A stretch of 32,000 nucleotides of DNA, taken from Polynucleobacter corsicus (lineage in GTDB: Bacteria > Pseudomonadota > Gammaproteobacteria > Burkholderiales > Burkholderiaceae). Shown here piece by piece: positions 8,555 through 16,688 of the stretch (position 1 is the first letter of the stretch; each line of letters begins with the position of its first letter). Under the pieces are notes generated by a model. The model did no database searches and was not told where the DNA came from. It was given only the letters and a program-made list of their open reading frames with translations. A program made the translations under genes and the position numbers. The stretch covers positions 2,000,659-2,032,658 of the forward strand of contig NZ_CP061314.1 of assembly GCF_018688255.1 (NCBI RefSeq). The letters run 5' to 3'.

Positions 8555-9394
8555 TTGTACATAGCAATTAGCCTTTACAGCTTGTCTTTACTTTGCCAGG
8601 TTGTCGCATCATTAATTAGTCTTTCGTTATTTCGATATTCAGCAAAAGTATATCGTTTTCCTTGGCTTTTACTCGCTATAGGCTTGGCAATGATGATTGG
8701 GCGAAGAATGAATCCCATTCTTCATATATTCGAAACCGATCATTATGATTTAATAGACGCCCTCTTATCTCTACCAATTTCTGGTTTTTTATTACTTGGA
8801 GTGCTTGGTCTTAGAAAATTACTCCTCAAGTCTGACGATAAACAACTGACACTTGAAACTCTTGCTCAATTTGACCCCCTCACCAACAGCTTAAGTCGCA
8901 CTGAAATTCTTTATCGAGCCTCTGAAGAAATTGATCGATCACGCAGAAATAAACATTCCTTTGCGCTTTTAGAAATGGACATTGACCATTTTAAAAATGT
9001 AAACGATCTGCTTGGTCATCATGTTGGCGATGAAGTCTTAATTAATTTAGTAAGGCACTCCCAAGAAGCCCTTCGCTCTATCGATTCAGTTGGACGAATT
9101 GGTGGAGAAGAATTTCTAATTCTTTTGCCAGAAACAGAAGCCGAGGGAGCCGCTCAAATTGCCGAGCGTTTGCGTAAACATATTGCTAACGCGATAAATG
9201 ATACGAGCGCCCCAATACCAGTAAAAATCACCATTAGTATTGGGGTGACGATTTTTGAGCCAAATGAAAACCATAGAATTGCGCGTGGAATAGTGCTCAA
9301 TGAACTCATGAATAAAGCTGACTTAGCAATGTATCAAGCTAAAAATGAAGGGCGAAATCGTGTTGCCTTTTGGAGCGCCTCTACCCCCCCTTAA
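8555..9394 (+). CDS. membrane-anchored GGDEF diguanylate cyclase with an I-site
   Basis: Hydrophobic N-terminal helices. Active site is GGEEF, preceded by RSID (RxxD) five residues upstream. TTG start lies 5 nt after GAGGA. Confidence 0.85.
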   Translation: MYIAISLYSLSLLCQVVASLISLSLFRYSAKVYRFPWLLLAIGLAMMIGRRMNPILHIFETDHYDLIDALLSLPISGFLLLGVLGLRKLLLKSDDKQLTLETLAQFDPLTNSLSRTEILYRASEEIDRSRRNKHSFALLEMDIDHFKNVNDLLGHHVGDEVLINLVRHSQEALRSIDSVGRIGGEEFLILLPETEAEGAAQIAERLRKHIANAINDTSAPIPVKITISIGVTIFEPNENHRIARGIVLNELMNKADLAMYQAKNEGRNRVAFWSASTPP

Positions 9395-9406
9395 GAGGGC
9401 ATGATA

Positions 9407-10351
9407 TTAAAAAGGAATGATTAATTCTTCCATCACATAGCGATAAAAGTAATTGGGGCCTAAAAACCCAGCAGACTTTCCATAACCAGCACGAGTCTTA
9501 AAGTAATAGTCATTTGATGCTACCGGACTGGTTGCCGCGAACTCATAAAGTTGTGTAGTGGTACTTGGATCTTGATTGACTGTTTGCCGCCCAACACCTG
9601 CTGTGCCACTGAGCATCCAACCCGCCATTCTTTTTCTTGCCCCAAACGCAATCATCGTTTCGTTATAGGTTGATGGGTTGAAATAGTTATTAGCAACATT
9701 GGTATTGGTATCCCTAAATTGGCGATAACGCAGTTGCGCCGTTAGCCCGTAGTCTGGCACTAGGTCGTAAATGAGCTTTGCCCTCACTATTGGCCTTGTA
9801 TTAGTGTCAGAGAAATACATATTGGCACCCATCAATATCGCAGTTAAACGCTCAAGAACTTGTTGCTCAATGCTCACTCCGCCAAGCGTGTAATAGATTC
9901 CATTGTTTAAGGAGTTTTGCGTCTCCACTCTATCTCGATTAACAATCACTTCAGCTTTTGTAGAGTCTGTTACGCGAAATCCATAATTACTATCAGTTGT
10001 AACTAATTGATGGCTATTCTCAGTGTTGTAACCAATATTGAGGTTATAGCCTAGAGCTGTTCGCGGATTAATTGCCTTTGTCATTAACGTATATTGCTCA
10101 CCTGTTGAGCTCCAGCCGCCTTGCGTAAAGTAATTGTGCTGATAGGTAATGCCTGTATATTTTTCACCATGCTCGTACAAAGGTAGGTAGCCTGCCTTGT
10201 ATTTGTATGTAGAAAACCCTTCGCTATCGGAGCTGAAATACACATTCGGCACTGAAATAGCCTGCTTTGTTTGCTCTGTCTCTTCTTCGGCATTCGCATG
10301 AGAACTAAACAGTATGGAGATCATTAGAAAAATCTGAACTATTCTTTTCAT
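9407..10351 (-). CDS. outer-membrane beta-barrel protein of unknown family, coupled to the GT2 synthase
   Basis: Signal peptide is MKRIVQIFLMISILFSSHANA. Y/G/N/T-rich alternating pattern with a C-terminal ...ELIIPF. ATG 10351-10349 overlaps the synthase TGA (10350-10348) as ATGA. Confidence 0.7.
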   Translation of the reverse strand: MKRIVQIFLMISILFSSHANAEEETEQTKQAISVPNVYFSSDSEGFSTYKYKAGYLPLYEHGEKYTGITYQHNYFTQGGWSSTGEQYTLMTKAINPRTALGYNLNIGYNTENSHQLVTTDSNYGFRVTDSTKAEVIVNRDRVETQNSLNNGIYYTLGGVSIEQQVLERLTAILMGANMYFSDTNTRPIVRAKLIYDLVPDYGLTAQLRYRQFRDTNTNVANNYFNPSTYNETMIAFGARKRMAGWMLSGTAGVGRQTVNQDPSTTTQLYEFAATSPVASNDYYFKTRAGYGKSAGFLGPNYFYRYVMEELIIPF

Positions 10352-11649
10352 TTCGTTCCCCAAGATTTACGAAGATTTAACAGCTCAGAAAAATATCCAT
10401 AAACACAAGCGGGCTGAAGCACTAAGCCATAGGCAAAAACATAGGATAAGAAGCCCAACATATTTGCCCGGACCGTTAAATGCTCAGCATTAAACATCGC
10501 CTTGCCCTTTAAATACATTTGCCAATTGAGTAAAAAAGCCATCGGCAATAGTGATAGCGTCATGGGGCCTGCTATCCAATAGATGCCAAAACAAGCCAGG
10601 ATTAGTCCAGGGATAAATCCAAAAGTAAAAGCAATATCCATTAGTGGAAACAATGTATTCCACCAAATGTATAGTGTTGAAAATCTTGGCTTAACAAGAA
10701 TCGTGGGGTTGTCCTTAAAAGCTTCTATCAATCCCCGTGACCAACGCCTTCTTTGGTGTATGAATTTACTTAAAGTATTGGGGCAATCCGTAAAAGCCAA
10801 AGCATCCTCAGCATGTCCCACTCTATAGCCTGCTGACAAAATTCTCCAAGTCAGTACGATATCTTCACCGACCATCTCTGGCCAACCGCCCAATTCCAAA
10901 ACTGTTTTACGGTCATACAAAGAGAATGCGCCTTGGGCAACTAAAGTACCTTGGAATAAAGACTGAATTCGCTTGATAGTCGCAATACCTAAAAAGTAAT
11001 CCCACTCCTGCGCCTTGGTAACCCAGTTTTCTCTTGAATTGCGAATGAGAATTTCTCCAGCAACTGCTTTGGTATTGATTGGATCGGAGAGGTATCGACC
11101 AACTAAGTGACGGACGCCATCTTTCAATATATAGCTATCAGCATCGATTGAAATAATAATATCCGTCGTACATTTTGCCAAACCATGATTGAGAGCGGAC
11201 GCTTTGCCACCGTTACGCCCTAAATCAATGAGCTCTAAATTGGGATGAGCCAACTGTAATGCTTTAACAGAATCGACAGTCTTATCACTAGAGCCATCAT
11301 TAATCACAATGATGCGAATATCTGCTGGGTAATCCTGTAGAAAAATTCCTGACAGAGATGAAGCTATTGATGCCCCCTCGTTATAGGCGGCGATTAATAT
11401 AGTGACCGGAGGGTAATGCTGATCAAGTATCACTTTTGGGCGGCGATCTAGTAGAAGAGCCATGGCCACAAAAGCATTCATAAAGCCTGGAACAATAGCT
11501 ACAAATGTAATGACGAAATAAGCGAGGAATGTTCCTATTTCATTGCTCAGGTCTGAATACCAGGGCTGGGAATGCCAAAAAGAAAATCCCATCCAACTTA
11601 AGGAAAATAGTAGTGAAACGATAAATTTTCCTTTTACTGAAAAATACAA
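10348..11649 (-). CDS. family-2 processive beta-glycosyltransferase (PgaC/IcaA/NodC-like synthase)
   Basis: N- and C-terminal TM helices flank a GT-A domain. Motifs are ILIAAYNE, INDGSSD, SIDADS, GED and QRRRWSRG (Q-x-x-R-W). Confidence 0.85.
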   Translation of the reverse strand: MYFSVKGKFIVSLLFSLSWMGFSFWHSQPWYSDLSNEIGTFLAYFVITFVAIVPGFMNAFVAMALLLDRRPKVILDQHYPPVTILIAAYNEGASIASSLSGIFLQDYPADIRIIVINDGSSDKTVDSVKALQLAHPNLELIDLGRNGGKASALNHGLAKCTTDIIISIDADSYILKDGVRHLVGRYLSDPINTKAVAGEILIRNSRENWVTKAQEWDYFLGIATIKRIQSLFQGTLVAQGAFSLYDRKTVLELGGWPEMVGEDIVLTWRILSAGYRVGHAEDALAFTDCPNTLSKFIHQRRRWSRGLIEAFKDNPTILVKPRFSTLYIWWNTLFPLMDIAFTFGFIPGLILACFGIYWIAGPMTLSLLPMAFLLNWQMYLKGKAMFNAEHLTVRANMLGFLSYVFAYGLVLQPACVYGYFSELLNLRKSWGTK

Positions 11650-11701
11650 AGGATTCCACCAAAATTTATAATTGTTCAGAATACTCCCTGATGGGATTGT
11701 T

Positions 11702-11785
11702 TTGTCGTTTTAAACGACATTGACTGACACAGGGATGTTTAATTGACATGTCCTTTAAAAGGACATTTGATGACCCTGATATCCC
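11702..11785. repeat. dual-palindrome intergenic repeat, copy 4 (divergent)
   Basis: Palindrome 1 is GTCGTTTTAAACGAC (11704-11718). Palindrome 2 is ATGTCCTTTAAAAGGACAT (11748-11766). The tail is degenerate. Confidence 0.75.
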
Positions 11786-11885
11786 AGTCTAGAACCAGAG
11801 TGGCTGAATCCTGATTGACGGATTAAATCTATGGGATTTGACTAAACATGCTAGGCGCAAGGTCTAAGCACCATTAAGCACTAGA

Positions 11886-11913
11886 AATAAAAATAGCCCA
11901 ACAAGTGGGCTAT
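11886..11913 (-). terminator. Rho-independent terminator of tRNA-Phe
   Basis: On the minus strand: ATAGCCCA-cttgt-TGGGCTAT followed by TTTTTATTT, 9 nt after the tRNA 3' end. Confidence 0.75.
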
Positions 11914-11922
11914 AGAGATTCT

Positions 11923-11998
11923 TGGTGGCCCGGGGCGGAATCGAACCACCGACACAAGGATTTTCAATCCTCTGCTCTACCGACTGAGCTACCAGGCC
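11923..11998 (-). tRNA. tRNA-Phe (anticodon GAA), 76 nt with encoded CCA
   Basis: Reverse complement is GGCCTGGTAGCTCAGTCGGTAGAGCAGAGGATTGAAAATCCTTGTGTCGGTGGTTCGATTCCGCCCCGGGCCACCA. It folds as a cloverleaf: 7-bp acceptor stem, anticodon loop TTGAAAA, T-loop TTCGATT. Confidence 0.95.
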
Positions 11999-12002
11999 AA
12001 GA
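11960..12002. repeat. attL-type 43-bp direct repeat (tRNA-Phe anticodon loop to 5' end plus 4 nt)
   Basis: ATTTTCAATCCTCTGCTCTACCGACTGAGCTACCAGGCCAAGA is identical to 22025-22067. Confidence 0.85.
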
Positions 12003-12007
12003 CTGCT

Positions 12008-12013
12008 ATTATA
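12008..12013 (-). promoter_or_regulatory. candidate -10 box (TATAAT) driving tRNA-Phe, supplied by the island side
   Basis: On the minus strand TATAAT sits 9 nt upstream of the tRNA 5' end. A second TATAAT (22074-22079) sits 10 nt beyond the displaced 5'-half copy. The -35 is weak. Confidence 0.4.
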
Positions 12014-12265
12014 CGCAAACTGTTCTTAAAGCTGTTAAAAAATCCTCTACTGTGCGTTTCCACCTTGTAGTTATCAGCCTTTCTGCTGTATGCACGCTAT
12101 ACAAAATAGTTTTCACTGTGTCCATTTTGTCCCACTGTAAAAACCCTGCGTTTACTTAAACCACACCCTACAAGCACACAAAACCTACCAAAATATTGCT
12201 GTTAGCAGTTGTAGCACACCAAAAATCAGGTTGTCCTTGTACTGTGCTGACACTACGCTATAAAA

Positions 12266-13519
12266 ATGCGTCGTCCGTTTACACAGTTAGTTAAAGCACA
12301 AGGTACAAGTAGCAACAGCCTCACCACCTTACAAAATGACAACATTGTGTACTTGCGCGACGGAGAGGTAGTGCTGTACAAGCGTGAAAACAGTAGCGTA
12401 TGGCAGATGCGCTACAGGCTATATGACAAGGAGTGGCGCAGGGTAAGCACAAAGCATCACAACATAGACTACGCAATACGAACAGCAGGCGACATATATG
12501 ACGAGGCGAGATTTAGAGAGCGTTTAGGATTGTCGTTCACTCGTCGCAAGTTTGGTGCTATCGCTAAAGTTTGTTTACAAGATATAAGAACAGAAATAGA
12601 CGCTGGCATAAAGCCAATGACTAACAGCGACTACACAAGAGCAATAAACAAATATCTTATTCCGTTTTTTGAAAACTACTATATAGAAAATATAGACGCA
12701 GAAGTAATGCGTCAATATGAAGTGTGGCGCAATGAACTAATGAAACGCATTCCGTTAGCGAGTACATTAGCAACTCACGCAAGCGCATACAGACGAGTGA
12801 TAGACACAGCAATACAGCGTGGATGGTTGAGCGAAAACTTACCTACAGCACAAATGAGTAGGCGTGGAGAGAAAGGTAAGGCGCGACCAGGCTTCACGCG
12901 AGCAGAGATTGATTACTTGTTAGATTTTTTAGATAGCTACAGTAAAGGTGGGCACAGTGCTCGCGCAAAAGAAATGCGCTTGTTGAGTAGAGACTACATA
13001 GAGTTATTGATTGGTACAGGTATGCGCTGTGGCAAAGAGAGCCTACACATTAAATGGAAGCACATAGAGTGGTACATAGACAGCAACACAGCAAAACGGT
13101 ACCTGCGTATATGGGTAAGCGGAAAAACAGGCGCACGCCACCTAATTGCTAAGCACAAAGTACAAGAAGCATTAGAGAGATTAATAAGTAGAGAGCCAAT
13201 ATTTAATGGCAAAACATTGGACATGGTGCTAGCAGAGAAGCATGATGTTTATTTGTTTAAGCTATCTGACGGCGATCGTCCAAAGAGCTTTCACACAACA
13301 TTTAATTGGCTAATGAAAGCAAGTGGCTTACTTAAAGATGCGGCTACAGGACAGAACAGAACACAATACAGCCTGCGCCATACCTATGCCACCCTAGCAC
13401 TTACTGATGGCGGCATGGATGTACATACACTAGCAAAGCAAATGGGAACAAGTGTTGGGATGCTTGAAAAACATTACAGCAAGCTAACGGCGACAATGGC
13501 GGCGGATAGATTGGCTTAA
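12266..13519 (+). CDS. tyrosine-type site-specific integrase
   Basis: 417 aa. C-terminal catalytic signatures are GMRCGKESLHIKW (R), YSLRHTYAT (H-x-x-R) and MGTSVGMLEKHYSK (Y). Lies adjacent to attL. Confidence 0.9.
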   Translation: MRRPFTQLVKAQGTSSNSLTTLQNDNIVYLRDGEVVLYKRENSSVWQMRYRLYDKEWRRVSTKHHNIDYAIRTAGDIYDEARFRERLGLSFTRRKFGAIAKVCLQDIRTEIDAGIKPMTNSDYTRAINKYLIPFFENYYIENIDAEVMRQYEVWRNELMKRIPLASTLATHASAYRRVIDTAIQRGWLSENLPTAQMSRRGEKGKARPGFTRAEIDYLLDFLDSYSKGGHSARAKEMRLLSRDYIELLIGTGMRCGKESLHIKWKHIEWYIDSNTAKRYLRIWVSGKTGARHLIAKHKVQEALERLISREPIFNGKTLDMVLAEKHDVYLFKLSDGDRPKSFHTTFNWLMKASGLLKDAATGQNRTQYSLRHTYATLALTDGGMDVHTLAKQMGTSVGMLEKHYSKLTATMAADRLA

Positions 13520-13539
13520 GCGTAAATTTTTTTTACGCT
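13519..13539. repeat. 21-bp palindrome family, copy a (AGCGTAAA-ttttt-TTTACGCT)
   Basis: 8-bp inverted arms and a 5-nt T-rich spacer. Overlaps the last base of the integrase stop codon and lies 10 nt from the REase stop. Confidence 0.85.
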
Positions 13540-13549
13540 TGCCACTTAG

Positions 13550-14602
13550 CTAAAGTCTTATTAACAAGTTAAATTTGAAAAACTTATCATCAAAAACCTT
13601 TCCGAAGTCATGCCGTGTTGTGCTTGCCGTATCAAAGAAGCTATGCTCAAAAAGATAGTCATTAAGGTTGGTGTTGGATTGGGTATCGTCTAAATAAAAA
13701 CTAGCTAATTTGCCATCAGCCTTAACTACGATCATTCCACCGTTCGCCGATAAGGATCCATTCCAAAGATCTCGTGGCACCATACCAAATGCTGTAGCTG
13801 TCAAAAATTTAGAAATGATCTTTTGGTAGTCACTTGTATTGGTGAAATTGAAAGGGTTTTTATTCGCCACAATCGCCAATAAATCTTTTATATATTTTTC
13901 CCTATTGCTGGCTCCATAGTATTCAACAAGTAAGCGACTAATAAGAATTTCTAAATTTTGATCCACCCTTTGTAAGTTTTGCTTGTATGTTTGATTAACA
14001 GAGCCGAGATGCTTCAGTGGCAATGACTTAACAAGTCTGCCTAAATTTTTAGGTGTCGGGTCGGCTATGCTAATTTTAGAGGGTGCTTCATATAAAAAAT
14101 TAGTGGATTGTGAGGCGTTTAATAAAGAAGTTGCGCCACCTAAATTACTTTTGATGCTAAAGCCTTTTATGGCTTTGGTTTGACTGGCTGAGTCATAGAT
14201 CTCTAGCTTAATATCACTTTTTTCAGAGCGAGTTGCTTTTATTTGAGGATTAAAAAAGTCATTCCACAGACTATCAAGCTGATTAAAGCTAAAGGTTGTT
14301 GATGTGGAAGTTTGGATCTGTTGGAAAAGGCTTGTAGCAATACCTTTTACATCACCAATTGGAATGCTGTTGTTTTGCCCATCATAGTTAGCAATAACAG
14401 AATCATTTTGAACAGCTAAGCTAACAAATTTATTGGGAGCATCTGTGGGTATAAGGATTGAATGAACTTTATATTGACTGGTATTTTGGTCGGCTAAAGA
14501 TTTGTCGGACAAAATAAAATTGGCATTACCAATCAGAGCAAGAAGCGCATACGCCTCACTCCATTCACCACGATTCATTGTTAAGTTTTGTATCCTGCTC
14601 AT
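13550..14602 (-). CDS. type II restriction endonuclease, HpaII-like family (predicted CCGG)
   Basis: 350 aa, immediately downstream of the C5-MTase. The N-terminal NRGEWSEAYALLALIG matches the KGEWSE-Y-x-L-K-LL signature I recall for HpaII-family enzymes. The lack of CCGG in the island is consistent with this. Confidence 0.65.
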   Translation of the reverse strand: MSRIQNLTMNRGEWSEAYALLALIGNANFILSDKSLADQNTSQYKVHSILIPTDAPNKFVSLAVQNDSVIANYDGQNNSIPIGDVKGIATSLFQQIQTSTSTTFSFNQLDSLWNDFFNPQIKATRSEKSDIKLEIYDSASQTKAIKGFSIKSNLGGATSLLNASQSTNFLYEAPSKISIADPTPKNLGRLVKSLPLKHLGSVNQTYKQNLQRVDQNLEILISRLLVEYYGASNREKYIKDLLAIVANKNPFNFTNTSDYQKIISKFLTATAFGMVPRDLWNGSLSANGGMIVVKADGKLASFYLDDTQSNTNLNDYLFEHSFFDTASTTRHDFGKVFDDKFFKFNLLIRL

Positions 14603-14625
14603 AAAAGGCAGGATACATCAAACTA

Positions 14626-15558
14626 TTAATTTTTAGAACTTTTAATATATTTGATAATTGATTTAGCAACTTCTTGTATCGCATCAACGGCAACACTATT
14701 ACCAAGCTGTTTCATTGCCTGACCTTTGGCAACAGGAAATTGAAAATCATCAGGGAATCCCATCATCTTCTTCCCTTGTTCAACGCCCAACCTCTTTACT
14801 TGTCCATCCACTAAGTAAGCATCCCAATTTCTTCTATCATCTATGCCTGAGCCTTTTCCTCCAACCCGAAGAGTAAAGCCAATCTCCCGAGAACATTCAC
14901 CACCCCAAACATCAGACATATTAAATTTCAATTCTTTTTTGTCAGGAAATTGAAATGGCTCTTTGTAATCATCTTCTTTGCGGAAACCAATAATAAAAAT
15001 TCTCGGTCTATGCTGTGGTAGCCCGTAGTCAGAAGCTTTCACGACCTTGTAGTGAATGTCATACTCAAGTTCTACTTGTAGTATTTGCTTAATTACATCA
15101 AATGTTCTGCCAGTGTCGTGATTTTGTAGGTGCCTTACATTTTCCAAAAAAAATGCTTTGGGTCTCTTAGTTTTTAATATGTCTCTAATGTGAAAAAACA
15201 TATTACCCCGTGACTCATGTTCTTCATTAAATCCCTTTTTATGTCCAGCCTGTGAGAAAGGCTGACAAGGAAATCCCGCACAAAGAATGTCATGATCAGG
15301 AATATCATCAGGATCAATATTTGTAATGTCGTCATTAAATAAGGGACTATCAAACATATCTTCGCTAAACAAGTTAGGCGAGATGGACTTAAAGTTTTCT
15401 TTATAAGTCTTGCGGGCGAAAGGATCTTTCTCAGACGCAAATACGCATTCACTCCCTTCATTATGAAATGCGATGTGGAAGCCGCCAATTCCTGCGAACA
15501 GATCAATAAACTTAAGTTTATTTTTGTTTGATTTGGATGGTTTGCGTGTTTTATTCAT
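14626..15558 (-). CDS. DNA (cytosine-5)-methyltransferase
   Basis: Canonical C5-MTase motifs: I DLFAGIGGF, IV GFPCQPFS, VI ENV, VIII QHRPRIFIIG, X GNSVAV. The variable region is short. Confidence 0.92.
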   Translation of the reverse strand: MNKTRKPSKSNKNKLKFIDLFAGIGGFHIAFHNEGSECVFASEKDPFARKTYKENFKSISPNLFSEDMFDSPLFNDDITNIDPDDIPDHDILCAGFPCQPFSQAGHKKGFNEEHESRGNMFFHIRDILKTKRPKAFFLENVRHLQNHDTGRTFDVIKQILQVELEYDIHYKVVKASDYGLPQHRPRIFIIGFRKEDDYKEPFQFPDKKELKFNMSDVWGGECSREIGFTLRVGGKGSGIDDRRNWDAYLVDGQVKRLGVEQGKKMMGFPDDFQFPVAKGQAMKQLGNSVAVDAIQEVAKSIIKYIKSSKN

Positions 15559-15589
15559 AGTGATTTATTTTTTAATTATATTGTCTTTT

Positions 15590-15610
15590 AGCGTAAATAT
15601 TTTTTACGCT
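15590..15610. repeat. 21-bp palindrome family, copy b (AGCGTAAA-tattt-TTTACGCT)
   Basis: Lies between the MTase start (15558) and the stop of the 279-aa gene (15617). Confidence 0.85.
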
Positions 15611-15616
15611 TATTTT

Positions 15617-16456
15617 TTACTTACTCTTCTTTGTTCCTGTTGGTCGCCCAGCTTTACGCTTATAAGGGGTTGTTATTGCTTCAGTAAAGTTCTTATCGGA
15701 TGGGAATCTTCCTCTTGCCGCATTCTCAGCAACTAATGACGCACAGCGAATCAATCTGCTTGCGGCAATGCTAAGCAATTCTTTTCTATCTGCTAATTCA
15801 GCCTCTAATATGTCGCCCGCCTCTGACTCAATAAATGACTGTGCTGGGATAAGTCTTAGGTGATTGCCAATTTTCCAAAGTGGCACATCCTTCTTATATA
15901 AGCGTAATGCGGTTAATCCATTCTGTAATGTATCAATGCGCAATTTACTATTTGACAGTTGGTATAAGGGCGCTACTTGTTTTGGCAGATCTGCTGAAAA
16001 TCCATAACCCTCTAATTGCTTGCGTAGTTGTTTAAGTGCTTGCGGAAGAGTTAGATTAAGAGGTAATTCAGCCACTACTGAATTAACTCCCGCCCATTCA
16101 TTTATTAATTGCTTTTTAGTTGAATCTAAAACGCCTACAACATTGACTTTTGGTAATGGCGCACTTATCCCATATAACCGCATGCCTATCTCACCCCACC
16201 AGTCTGCTTCCCGCATTTTGTAGATTGGACCAAAGTCACTTACAACTTGCGCTACATCCTTAAAGTCTTTTGGTAATGGGTAGGGTGATTTTTGCTTAGC
16301 TAATTTACGCATTACAGCTTCATAGCTGGGACTTGCTTTTAGGTAGTCACAAACCAAGTCATATCGCAAATCAGGTTTAACTGAAATTCCAGTCTGTTCA
16401 TAGCTTGCCTCCAATGACATAAGGCGTGGGAGAGGTTTTCGTCCTAAATTAGCCAT
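15617..16456 (-). CDS. hypothetical protein with a basic AT-hook-like C-terminal tail
   Basis: 279-aa ORF with no overlapping alternative. The tail YKRKAGRPTGTKKSK contains a GRP core. I recognise no family. Confidence 0.6.
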   Translation of the reverse strand: MANLGRKPLPRLMSLEASYEQTGISVKPDLRYDLVCDYLKASPSYEAVMRKLAKQKSPYPLPKDFKDVAQVVSDFGPIYKMREADWWGEIGMRLYGISAPLPKVNVVGVLDSTKKQLINEWAGVNSVVAELPLNLTLPQALKQLRKQLEGYGFSADLPKQVAPLYQLSNSKLRIDTLQNGLTALRLYKKDVPLWKIGNHLRLIPAQSFIESEAGDILEAELADRKELLSIAASRLIRCASLVAENAARGRFPSDKNFTEAITTPYKRKAGRPTGTKKSK

Positions 16457-16596
16457 TTAATATTAACAAGTATAGATAAATTATCTCATCATAATAATTC
16501 ATGTTAATAAATCTTACAATAGATACATAGATTGAACAAAGCAACACAGTTCATCCCTCTTTAACAATTAGCAAATTTTTGTAGTAGCAGTAAGCA

Positions 16597-16617
16597 AGCG
16601 TCAATTTTTTTGACGCT
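16597..16617. repeat. 21-bp palindrome family, copy c (AGCGTCAA-ttttt-TTGACGCT)
   Basis: Sits in the divergent intergenic region, 72 nt upstream of ATG 16689. Flanked by direct TAGCAGTA octamers. Confidence 0.85.
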
Positions 16618-16688
16618 TAGCAGTAGTCAGTGTGTAAGCAATTTAGCAAGCACGCTTTTAATCAACGCCATTTCTTAAGGAGATAAAC

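Noticed and set aside
11905-12159. 84-aa plus-strand ORF
   Set aside because: It runs antisense through the intact tRNA-Phe gene and attL, so it is an artefact of the ORF scan.
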